Shown piece by piece: positions 40,003-48,645 of a stretch of 64,000 bases of DNA. The notes beneath the pieces are model-generated. The model saw nothing but the letters and a program-made list of their open reading frames with translations. It was not told where the DNA came from and did not search any database. Within the stretch, counting starts at the first letter, position 1; the number at the start of each line of letters is the position of its first letter. This DNA comes from Ignavibacteriota bacterium. GTDB lineage: Bacteria > Bacteroidota > Ignavibacteria > UBA10030. Made by a program: the position numbers and the translations under genes. The stretch is from positions 576,001-640,000 of the forward strand of contig CAVSHO010000009.1 in assembly GCA_963727825.1 (NCBI GenBank). The letters are read 5' to 3'.

Positions 40003-40622
40003 AAGAATCCTATTGCAAAAAGTACATTAAAAAGGACCTTAAGACTCCAATCTATAGAAGAAACAAGTAAAAAATTTTCTACAGAAAAATGGATGAGAAT
40101 CCCGCGTAACGCAATAATTAACAATGTTCCTGCATAATAGATCACACAGGAAAGAAGTATCCAAAAACGATGATTATTTATTAAGGACTGCGTTCGATTT
40201 CCAATGACAATAAATAAAGTATATCCCGCACCGAGCGTAAGAATGACCTGTGAAGCACATGCTGTAACCGAATATAATCCATTTAGAGGCTCAAACGTGA
40301 ACTTTGCAATGATCCAAAAAATTACGTAAAGCAACATTAGTACTTGAAATAATTTCTTTATCCGACGCGATTCCTGCCAAAAAGTAACAATAGACATGAT
40401 AAATATATATTCTATGAGATAATAAGCATGGTGAAGTCCAAGAGCAAATTGATATCCCCTAACGAACCATATAAAATAAATGTCTGCCGCAAATGCAAAT
40501 ATTAGATAAAAAAGTATAATATACATTTCTCGGTGTAATACCTTTATTTTCGAAATTCCTACACCGATCGGTAAAACAGAACTGAAGATTGATATATACG
40601 TTAATAATGGATATGGATTCAT
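39981..40622 (-). CDS. Uncharacterised 7-TM membrane protein
   Basis: Seven hydrophobic segments in 213 aa; overlaps the kinase start by 22 bp. Confidence 0.82.
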   Translation of the reverse strand: MNPYPLLTYISIFSSVLPIGVGISKIKVLHREMYIILFYLIFAFAADIYFIWFVRGYQFALGLHHAYYLIEYIFIMSIVTFWQESRRIKKLFQVLMLLYVIFWIIAKFTFEPLNGLYSVTACASQVILTLGAGYTLFIVIGNRTQSLINNHRFWILLSCVIYYAGTLLIIALRGILIHFSVENFLLVSSIDWSLKVLFNVLFAIGFLCPQTQT

Positions 40623-40822
40623 CTGCTATGAATATAGAAGTCGTTCTTGAAATATGAACTCTAAATATCATAAGTCAATCAACAGAATGTCGTTCCATCA
40701 ACAAATAAAGTCTACGACACTTGAATATTGATACGGTGGACATCGCTTATCGTACATTTCCACCACATTATATTATGACTTTTAAGATAGCAAATGAATC
40801 TCGCTCTTGCAATCTAAGTATC

Positions 40823-41194
40823 TTAATTACCACACCAGGGGGGACAAAGATCTACCGGACCAGCCAAAACAGTTGGAACCATATCCTTTCCATATTTATC
40901 AACTCCAACAATCGCGAATCCAGATCTGCCGTTTACATGTTTGGCATAATACATGCGAACTCCTACACAGCCGGGTTGCTTCATGGTTTTTTCTACAACA
41001 TCCTTTCCAAAGTAATGAACAAGTACATCATTCGACGAAACAGAGATGCGGTGTACGTTTGTCAGAGCGGCTAAATTCTGTGAAGCACTTGATTGTCCTG
41101 CATTAATAGATTTATCGGTTGATGGATAAACGAAGAACATGATCACGCTTATTGCGAGGATCGAGGCGACAGCAACAATTTTCTTTATAGACAT
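40823..41194 (-). CDS. Small secreted or anchored protein ending in CPPWC
   Basis: AAGGAG RBS, signal-like N-terminus, YFGKD..QPGCVGVRMYY..VGVD..GKD core and C-terminal DLCPPWCGN. Confidence 0.82.
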   Translation of the reverse strand: MSIKKIVAVASILAISVIMFFVYPSTDKSINAGQSSASQNLAALTNVHRISVSSNDVLVHYFGKDVVEKTMKQPGCVGVRMYYAKHVNGRSGFAIVGVDKYGKDMVPTVLAGPVDLCPPWCGN

Positions 41195-41499
41195 TTGAAA
41201 TCTCCTTAAGAAGATGATTAGTTTTTTTTATTTATTCACGATCAATAGACAAGAATGTATATAATGGTGACATTGGAAAACAATACGGTGGGGAGCGCGT
41301 TGGCTGCGATTTACAGATTTCAAACATTGTAGTCCTTTCAATGTTTTTTATGATCAATGCTAACGAAAACTGTGGGTCAATTTTTTGTTCAGCCTGTTCT
41401 AAGCAACCTTGACAACCTTTCAAAATAGCTCAAACAACGTAAAATATTCAATACTGCATTTGTGTCAAATTGCTATACGAGTAAATTAACATGTATTCT

Positions 41500-41863
41500 T
41501 GTCGTTATTTACACTATAAGCTACACCAAAACACACTATTTGTCTGTCGTATTTTAACAAGTTGCTTGTAGCGATTTTTGTCACGTCCCTGTCGTAAAAG
41601 TACTAACGATTTGACAACATTTACACATATAGACCTAACAAAATGGTTTAAGAATATCATGTGTATACTTGTGGAAAAATCACTACAAGATTATAAATAG
41701 CAGTTATTTGGCTGTTTTTTATCACTTCGTAATAAGATAAGAGTTGACAACTTGTTCATAGTATACTGCAAAACGACAGAAGTACGTGGTAAAAATACGA
41801 CAATGTACTTGTTGTAATACGACAAGTAGAAAATTGCTTTTACTTACGTCTCCTCCGTATATT
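41500..41863. promoter_or_regulatory. Divergent promoter with mirror-image arrays of TGTCGT/ACGACA boxes
   Basis: TGTCGT at 41500, 41545 and 41590 (TGTAGC at 41567); ACGACA at 41773, 41797 and 41819; central TGTGGA-N6-ACTACA at 41670-41687. Confidence 0.7.
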
Positions 41864-41940
41864 GATTTGCGTAGATTCTGAATTCGTGATAAGAGGTGTT
41901 AGATTTTTAATAAACGTTCTATTACAAAAGTATAAAGTTA

Positions 41941-42345
41941 ATGCAAATACAAGATTATAAATCCAGGCGCGGCCTTCAATATTCATATGGACAAATATGG
42001 GAAAAGATACTGGGTAATATGAAAGAAGAATACAATCAAATATCTGCTGAAAAAATTCTTCACGAAGCGACCACGGTATTAAATGCCGCACGTCAGCATG
42101 CCTCAGAACTTTCAGAGCGCGGAGTGACGGATGAGGAGTTTCATGCCATGCGTGTTCTTATTACTCGTGTTGCTGCGCGCACATATACTTCTTCACTAGG
42201 AAATAATATCGACTTCGCTACCGAAGTGCGCAACCTTAAAATTTATAAAGAAGTCATTTTCAGAACGGCAGAAATGCAATTTGGCCACACAAACAATGTG
42301 CTGAACGAATTTAAATATGCCGCACCACATTATTCGTTTATTTGA
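41941..42345 (+). CDS. Hypothetical helical protein (start may be ATG 42019)
   Basis: Open frame with amphipathic helices (AARQHASELSERGVT); no recognised motif. Confidence 0.55.
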   Translation: MQIQDYKSRRGLQYSYGQIWEKILGNMKEEYNQISAEKILHEATTVLNAARQHASELSERGVTDEEFHAMRVLITRVAARTYTSSLGNNIDFATEVRNLKIYKEVIFRTAEMQFGHTNNVLNEFKYAAPHYSFI

Positions 42346-42505
42346 TATATCTCGCATCCAAAAGATTTATCCCAGAAATTGATAGATGTAAATGGTATTC
42401 GAGTAAGTAAAAATACTTCGTAGTACCAATTGGTTTTACATAATGTAGATTATATATAGAACCGACTACTTCTGCTTTTTACCACATTCATCAAAGGAGA
42501 TTATA

Positions 42506-43300
42506 ATGAGGCCACGCATATCCATAGCACGTATAAAATCAGTACAGAAGTTCCGATATGGCTGGGTTCCGGATGTGCCCGACCAGCGAGATCTTCTTTA
42601 TGGCGCAGTGTGTCCCGCTCCTTTAGTGCTTCCGCAAAATGTTGACTTGCGACCGACATGCTCGCCAGTGGAGAACCAAAGTACTCTCGGAAGTTGTACG
42701 GGCAATGCTCTTGCCGCTGCAATCGAGTTTCTCGAACGAAAGGACAATGTTCCGTTCGTGGATGCGAGCAGATTGTTTATCTATTATAATGAACGGGCTA
42801 TCGAGGGAACCGTCAAATCGGATTCAGGGGCAATGATACGCGATGGAATCAAAACATTGAAGAATCAGGGAGTGTGTTCCGAAATAAATTGGCCATACAT
42901 CGTTTCAAAATTTGCAATTAAGCCAAGTGAATCTTGTTACAAAGAAGCGCTGAAGCGACAAATCACATCGTACCATCGCATTCTTACGGTCGACGAAATG
43001 CGGACGTGCCTCGCCGAAGGTTTTCCGTTTGTGTTCGGGTTCACTGTGTATGAGAGTTTCGAATCGCAGGAAGTTGCGCGCTCCGGCATTGTGCAAATGC
43101 CTCAGCCGAATGAACGCTCCATTGGCGGTCATGCAGTGCTTGCCGTTGGGTATGACGATATACAGAAACGATTTATTGTCCGGAACTCGTGGGGAACCGA
43201 CTGGGGAATGAAAGGATATTTCACAATCCAGTACGACTATCTTGCAAACCGAAATCTTGCCGACGATATCTGGACGATACGTAGAGGAGAAAAGATGTAG
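42506..43300 (+). CDS. Papain-like C1A cysteine peptidase (xylellain-like)
   Basis: YGWVPD.PD.RD, Q..LGSCTGNA, SRLFIYYNER, GGHAV and VRNSWG motifs; AAGGAG RBS. Confidence 0.93.
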   Translation: MRPRISIARIKSVQKFRYGWVPDVPDQRDLLYGAVCPAPLVLPQNVDLRPTCSPVENQSTLGSCTGNALAAAIEFLERKDNVPFVDASRLFIYYNERAIEGTVKSDSGAMIRDGIKTLKNQGVCSEINWPYIVSKFAIKPSESCYKEALKRQITSYHRILTVDEMRTCLAEGFPFVFGFTVYESFESQEVARSGIVQMPQPNERSIGGHAVLAVGYDDIQKRFIVRNSWGTDWGMKGYFTIQYDYLANRNLADDIWTIRRGEKM

Positions 43301-43444
43301 TATGGCTTCGATAAAAAGAACAAATATCAATTTGTAAATCTTGTTGTACAGAATCTTGAAAAGCGTTAAAAGTCACTAACATTAAATCGGGGGCTTTTCT
43401 AATTTCTTGTGCGCTGTCACCCTTTACGGCGCGTTAGCCTCCAT

Positions 43445-43476
43445 AATCCCCGGTACTTAACAGAGTGCCGGGGATT
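43445..43476. repeat. Strong hairpin AATCCCCGGTACT...AGTGCCGGGGATT
   Basis: 13-bp near-perfect inverted repeat; could be a terminator or a REP-like element. Confidence 0.55.
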
Positions 43477-43646
43477 TAGTTTATTGACTATGATTCTAAA
43501 CAGAGCTAAATTATCACAAAGTAGTTGCCGTTACGTGGAGGGACTAGGCATCTAATACTTATCTCTTTCTTCAAGGAAAAACCTAAAATAATAATGGATA
43601 GAGATATCAAATTACATGTTAGGCCGCCTAAAGGTAGTTTCAATAA

Positions 43647-44114
43647 ATGATTAAAAGCCTAAATATTCGTGAAGCGAAGAAGACCGACGCCATTGCGCTT
43701 GCAAAACTTTCTGGAGAACTCGGGTATCCTACAACAGCGGAAGATATGGAAAGTCGTTTCGATAAATTGTCTGCTAAATCCGATAATGGTATTTATGTTG
43801 CCGAACTTGATTCTATTGTGGGTTGGATTCATGTTTCCGTTATTCAATCGTTGGAAAGTAATCCATTTGTAGAAATTTGTGGGCTTGTTGTTGCGGAGTC
43901 ACATCGTGGCACAGGAATCGGAACACGACTCGTTGCAATGGCTGAAAGTTGGGCTCAAGAAAAGGGATATAACCAAATTCGTGTTCGTACAAATATTCTG
44001 CGAGAGGAAACGAGAAGGTTCTACAGACAAGTAGGATTTCAATTCAAGAAAACTCAAGAAGTGTTTGATAAAATAATTCAAATCGGCGGCCTAACCGAGG
44101 CGCTCCCCGCTTAA
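43647..44114 (+). CDS. GNAT family N-acetyltransferase (cassette 1)
   Basis: LSGELGYP, LVVAESHRGTGIG and RRFYRQVGF motifs. Confidence 0.9.
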   Translation: MIKSLNIREAKKTDAIALAKLSGELGYPTTAEDMESRFDKLSAKSDNGIYVAELDSIVGWIHVSVIQSLESNPFVEICGLVVAESHRGTGIGTRLVAMAESWAQEKGYNQIRVRTNILREETRRFYRQVGFQFKKTQEVFDKIIQIGGLTEALPA

Positions 44115-44153
44115 CCCGCCACAAGACATGCGGGCAGGCATGGTACGTTAGGC
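44089..44153 (+). repeat. attC-like site
   Basis: GCCTAAC ... GTTAGGC, 65 bp. Confidence 0.7.
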
Positions 44154-44237
44154 GGCACAGAAGCAAGATTACAATTATTAGCAAATATTATTATTATTAT
44201 GATAATTCACTCTGTCCCACAATTTTAGAGGTGCAAT

Positions 44238-44903
44238 ATGATGAATGTTTATAGTAAAAGGTCATTCCTGGTGTTTTCCGCTATGTTGGTGTTTTTAATC
44301 AGTGGTTACATCACATTGGGATATGCTTCTGAAGAACCCGGAATAAATGTAAGTCTAATTGTTCCTGCCTGGGCACCCCCTTACCAAAATGCTCAACTTG
44401 TCAAATATTATTATCTCCCCGACATAGAGGTATACTATGATGTCTCGAATCAGGAGTTCGTTTATCTACAAGATGGTAGCTGGATGTTCTCGTCTTCTCT
44501 CCCGCCAATTTACGCAGGTTTCGATTTATACAATAGCTTTGTCGTAATGCTTGACTCCCGGGTGTACGAACCCTGGATGCATCATCATTATTATGTTTCC
44601 CATTATCCACGTTATTACTATCATTCAGTTTACAATGTCACCGATACGCGTGACCTCAGAGGCTTTAATGAAAATAAGAAAGTTGTAATCCGACTTAAGG
44701 CGGAAGAAAAGATAAAACTCAATGAGGCGTCTAATAAAAGATCTGAGAATGAGAAAGTTATACCGCTTAATAAGGAACAAAGGAAAATTGAATCCAAACG
44801 ACCGCCACAACGAATGAAGTATTATGGACAAAATATTGGCAAACCCGTTAAAGTCGAAAAACAAATGATGCAGCCAAAAGAAAATAAGGAGAAGAATAGA
44901 TAA
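44238..44903 (+). CDS. Secreted Tyr-rich hypothetical protein (cassette 2)
   Basis: Signal peptide, PAWAP..YYYLPDIEVYYD core and a basic disordered tail; GAGG RBS. Confidence 0.8.
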   Translation: MMNVYSKRSFLVFSAMLVFLISGYITLGYASEEPGINVSLIVPAWAPPYQNAQLVKYYYLPDIEVYYDVSNQEFVYLQDGSWMFSSSLPPIYAGFDLYNSFVVMLDSRVYEPWMHHHYYVSHYPRYYYHSVYNVTDTRDLRGFNENKKVVIRLKAEEKIKLNEASNKRSENEKVIPLNKEQRKIESKRPPQRMKYYGQNIGKPVKVEKQMMQPKENKEKNR

Positions 44904-44923
44904 CAAGGGGCTTTATTTGAACC

Positions 44924-44990
44924 GCCTAACAACTTTGAAAAGGGACGAGGCAAGGCGCCCCCGACGATTGCGGGCAGGCATCCATTAGAT
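44924..44990 (+). repeat. Degenerate attC-like site
   Basis: GCCTAAC ... ATTAGAT (core G appears changed to A). Confidence 0.55.
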
Positions 44991-45133
44991 GGTGAACGGA
45001 GTAAAGAGAACAAGTTATTTTTTCTTCTCCTGAGAACTCAAATGGTACGTATTGGATTTAATGCCGAAAATTCTACGGCAATAGAACAATATTTCAAAGA
45101 AAAAGGGCTTACTCTCTTAATCATCAAGCAACA

Positions 45134-45203
45134 GTCTAACCGCACGCTCCTCGTTTGAAAGCATAGGGTTGGTTGGCGGAGCTGCACCGCCTCCTGCAAG
45201 TAA
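45134..45203 (+). repeat. Degenerate attC-like site (R' not recognisable)
   Basis: GTCTAAC followed by CGCTCCTCGTTTGAAAGCATAGGG, homologous to the site at 45515. Confidence 0.5.
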
Positions 45204-45235
45204 TAAACACAAACAAGAATAAATAGGAGTACACA

Positions 45236-45505
45236 ATGTTGTTCCAAGTGAAAGTCAGGGTAAATGTTGCAAAAATGGCAGAGTTTGGACAGAAATTACA
45301 GAAAGGTGAATTGGACAGAAGTTGCATCCGAGGAGAGACTTATTGCCTTAAAAGTGATCCTGCCATTGGATTCAGCATCTGGGAAGCTGACAGTAAAAAT
45401 GAATTTGATGGAATATTCGCTCCGTGGTGTAATTACTATGACGAAGTTGAAGTTAAAGAGGTCATTACTCCATTAGAAGCAATGACTATGCTTTTTAAAA
45501 AATAA
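45236..45505 (+). CDS. Small dimeric alpha+beta barrel protein (muconolactone isomerase-like; last cassette)
   Basis: AGGAG RBS and GFSIWEADS..E pattern. Confidence 0.7.
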   Translation: MLFQVKVRVNVAKMAEFGQKLQKGELDRSCIRGETYCLKSDPAIGFSIWEADSKNEFDGIFAPWCNYYDEVEVKEVITPLEAMTMLFKK

Positions 45506-45514
45506 TAACTGGCC

Positions 45515-45578
45515 GCCTAACTGGACACTCCCCGCTTGAAAGCATAGGGCTCGTTGACCGAGCGCCAATTCGTTAGGG
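45515..45578 (+). repeat. attC-like site
   Basis: GCCTAAC ... AGCGCCAATTC GTTAGGG, 64 bp. Confidence 0.7.
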
Positions 45579-45766
45579 CGCAATTGTGTCCTTTGATCTT
45601 CTCTTCACTCGAATATTTCTTCCGGATCTTTCATTTTATCTCTTGTACTGATCATCATAACAAAGTATTTCTGGTTTAAATATTTTTCATTTACCTTGTT
45701 ATAGTGACATAAAGAGATCAAGTTGATTACAGTGCAATCAATAAAATATTTAACGGGAGATTTAAT

Positions 45767-47830
45767 ATGAATAAACCAAGAAACAGCTTTAAAGACTTCC
45801 GATCTATTATTCGGTTGATTTCTTCTGTAGGAATCAATCTTGTGTTAGTCATGAATCTTTTTTCTCAATCATCCACATTCCGGCTCGCTCCGCTATTCCA
45901 GGATAATATGATACTTCAGCAACAAACTGATGTAACTATCTGGGGAAAAGGAAATCCCGGAAGTTTGGTGGTCATCCAGACGTCATGGGGAAAAATTGCT
46001 GATGCAGTAGTTCAATCAGATGGTAATTGGACAGCTAAGGTATCGACTCCAAAAGCGGGCGGGCCATTTCAAATGACTTTTCGATATGGAAAATATATAA
46101 CTGTAGTGCGGAATATCTTGATTGGCGAAGTATGGCTTTGCTCTGGACAATCGAACATGGAAATGCCGCTTGAGGGCTGGCCGCCATCGGATACCATTGC
46201 AAATAGTGCTAATGAAATTGACCATGCACTATATCCCACTATTCGTATGTTCTCTGTCATGCAAGTGTATGAACCGGCTCCAGTGAATATATGTGTCGGC
46301 AACTGGACCGAGTGTTCACCGCTTGATGTTCGCAAATTCAGTGCGACAGCATTTTATTTCGGGAAAATATTAAGTAAGGAACTTAAGGTGCCTATAGGCC
46401 TCATCAATTCAAGTTTTGGTGGAACATCCATCGAGGCGTGGATGAGTAAACAAGGCCTGAATCCTTTCGAAGAGTTTTCCGGTCAATTGAAAAAACTGGA
46501 TGAAAGCCAAGAAGGTTTGCGTTCGCTGAACCAGTGGATCACGAATCATAAAAGCATTGATGTAACCGAACAAGATCCGCTCCGGAGGTGGGAAGGATTC
46601 AGTTTCCAAGATGAAAAATGTTCTGCACGCGCTTACAACGATAGCAGCTGGAAAGAAATGAAGCTGCCTACATTGTGGGAGCAGACTTCTGTGGGCGAAT
46701 TTGATGGTGTCGTTTGGTTTAGGAAATCTGTTGTTATTCCCAATACTTGGATAGGAAAAGAACTTATACTTCAACTTGGTCCGATTGATGATATGGATGA
46801 GACATATGTAAACGGTCAACAAATCGGCCGTCATATGATGGATGGATACTATAGTACGAATCGTATCTATAAAATAAATGCGCCGATCGTAAAAGATTCT
46901 TTGCTGCAGATTGCAGTGCGCGTGATTGATATACGCGGAGGCGGCGGCATTTGGGGAAATGGAATAAAGATGAAAGTTGCGCCAGACTCTCTGAGTGATG
47001 GAATCTCAATCGAAGGCAATTGGAAATTCTTGCCGGTGGCGGAATTAAAGTCAAATACATTTTATATTTATGGAGCGGAAGGATGTGAATTTAATTACCG
47101 GCCCAAATTCTCACTCCCTTTTTCGCAGGCGACCCCAACCTCACTTTTCAATGGCATGATCAACCCGTTGCTTCCGTTTACTATCAAGGGAGTTATCTGG
47201 TATCAGGGGGAAAACAATGTTCCCAATCCTCTGCTTTATAAAAAATTATTCCCGGCAATGATTGCCGATTGGCGAAAAGTATTCCAGAGCGGCGAATTTC
47301 CATTCTATTTTGTCCAAATTGCGCCATATGATTACGATAAAGACTCAAAATCGCAGCTTCTGCGCGAAGCACAGTGTGAGGCGCTTTCTGTGAAGAACAC
47401 AGGCATGGCGGTTACACTCGACATCGGGAATCCAAAAAATATACATCCAACTGACAAAGAAGATGTCGGGAAACGGCTTGCTTTTTGGGCATTAGCAAAA
47501 ACATATGGAAAGAAAATTCCATTCTCTGGCCCATTGTACAAATCTATGAAAGCATCGAAAGGGAAAATTATATTGTCATTCGAACACATTGGCAAGGGAT
47601 TGATTCTAAAAGATAGAAACGGAGATTTCAATTTTCTTGTTGCCGGTGAAGATAAGGTTTTCAAAAAAGCATTGGTAGCAGTAGAAGGCAAAAATCTGGT
47701 TGTTTATCATCCGGAAATTTCAAAACCAATCGCGGTGCGGTATGCATGGAGTAACATCGAAGAAAGTACGTTCTTTAATAAAGATGGATTACCAGCCCCG
47801 CCATTCCGAACAGATACCTGGCCGGAATAA
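45767..47830 (+). CDS. Sialate O-acetylesterase family protein with inserted sugar-binding domain
   Basis: FQDNMILQ, GEVWLCSGQSNM, GGTSIEAW, GVIWYQGE, IHP and VRYAW motifs. Confidence 0.9.
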   Translation: MNKPRNSFKDFRSIIRLISSVGINLVLVMNLFSQSSTFRLAPLFQDNMILQQQTDVTIWGKGNPGSLVVIQTSWGKIADAVVQSDGNWTAKVSTPKAGGPFQMTFRYGKYITVVRNILIGEVWLCSGQSNMEMPLEGWPPSDTIANSANEIDHALYPTIRMFSVMQVYEPAPVNICVGNWTECSPLDVRKFSATAFYFGKILSKELKVPIGLINSSFGGTSIEAWMSKQGLNPFEEFSGQLKKLDESQEGLRSLNQWITNHKSIDVTEQDPLRRWEGFSFQDEKCSARAYNDSSWKEMKLPTLWEQTSVGEFDGVVWFRKSVVIPNTWIGKELILQLGPIDDMDETYVNGQQIGRHMMDGYYSTNRIYKINAPIVKDSLLQIAVRVIDIRGGGGIWGNGIKMKVAPDSLSDGISIEGNWKFLPVAELKSNTFYIYGAEGCEFNYRPKFSLPFSQATPTSLFNGMINPLLPFTIKGVIWYQGENNVPNPLLYKKLFPAMIADWRKVFQSGEFPFYFVQIAPYDYDKDSKSQLLREAQCEALSVKNTGMAVTLDIGNPKNIHPTDKEDVGKRLAFWALAKTYGKKIPFSGPLYKSMKASKGKIILSFEHIGKGLILKDRNGDFNFLVAGEDKVFKKALVAVEGKNLVVYHPEISKPIAVRYAWSNIEESTFFNKDGLPAPPFRTDTWPE

Positions 47831-47885
47831 TAGAATCCGAATGTACTTATTATAAATTTTCTTGGAGATTATTATTATTAATCCT

Positions 47886-48001
47886 CGGAGCAGAAGTACT
47901 GGCAGATTCCGGGCAATCGAAATTTTCTCATTTATACATCAGGATTATCTTGCTTGAACTTTAATGTTGTGCTATTAATTTTCAGTGTCTAAATCTATAA
48001 G
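47886..48001 (+). pseudogene. Degenerate copy of the 3' end and downstream flank of the cupin gene (49402-49518)
   Basis: Direct repeat CGGAGCAGAAGTA.TGG.AGATTCCG...CAGGATTATCTTGC.TGAACTT...TCTAAATCTATAAG. Confidence 0.8.
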
Positions 48002-48097
48002 TTGAAAGTTCGCTTCTGTGCAAGAATTCATTTGAATGCCAATGTTTGCACAAACGAAAAATATTATTATTTTATTTAATGTCTAGACGGAAGTAAT

Positions 48098-48478
48098 ATG
48101 AAACTACGTCACCTCTTCATCATTAACTTTTTCTTCGCCATTTTCTTTGGTGGGTCGTGTTTTCTATTTCCTCATTGGGTTTTCAAATTGTATGGCCTTG
48201 CTCCCAATGGCGCGGCTATTTGGACAGCCCGCTTAGTAGGTGGATCAATTCTTGGTTTTGCAACTCTTATGTGGTTCGGACAGAAAGCAATATCCATTGA
48301 TACACGTAGAGCAATTGCAATCGCCCTCTTAATTCAGGACGTGATCGGATGTATTGCATCGGTTGAATTCCAGCTTACTGGGACTATCAATACATTTGGC
48401 TGGTTTAGTTTAGCATTGTATGGCCTTTTGGCAATTGGTTACGCCTTCTTTCTATTTGTGAAACCCTTGAACTGTTAG
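48098..48478 (+). CDS. Small 4-TM membrane protein
   Basis: Four hydrophobic segments; P...LYG and ARL.G pattern. Confidence 0.75.
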   Translation: MKLRHLFIINFFFAIFFGGSCFLFPHWVFKLYGLAPNGAAIWTARLVGGSILGFATLMWFGQKAISIDTRRAIAIALLIQDVIGCIASVEFQLTGTINTFGWFSLALYGLLAIGYAFFLFVKPLNC

Positions 48479-48645
48479 GAAGAATACGAGACTGCTGCCT
48501 TACTATGCACTTCCCGCCAGAACGCATGGCGGGCATGCCCGCAACAAAGCAGCGATCTGATTGGTGGAGCTGCCCTGTCTGCTGCTGCGGGCAGGCTATA
48601 ATAATATCGGACGTTCGCAGATAGGCCATATGTGGCAACACAAAT

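Larger units (their letters stand above)
43618..45578 (+). mobile_element. Integron gene-cassette array without integrase in the window (CALIN-like), degenerate
   Basis: Co-oriented short genes, each followed by RYYTAAC...GTTAGG sites; cassette-end R'' sequences complement the cassette-start R' sequences. Confidence 0.72.

Noticed and set aside
41232-41423. 63-aa minus-strand ORF upstream of the CPPWC gene as a second peptide
   Set aside because: TTG start, no clear RBS and no recognisable motif; cannot be supported.
41500-41824. Periodic repeats considered as a CRISPR array or replication iterons
   Set aside because: Units are only 6-18 bp, degenerate and in inverted arrays; there is no repeat-spacer structure and no cas or rep gene.
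43374-43440. Additional attC (CACTAAC...GTTAGCC) or an attI site ahead of the array
   Set aside because: Poor R-box complementarity, no inner stem and no adjacent integrase; too weak to call.
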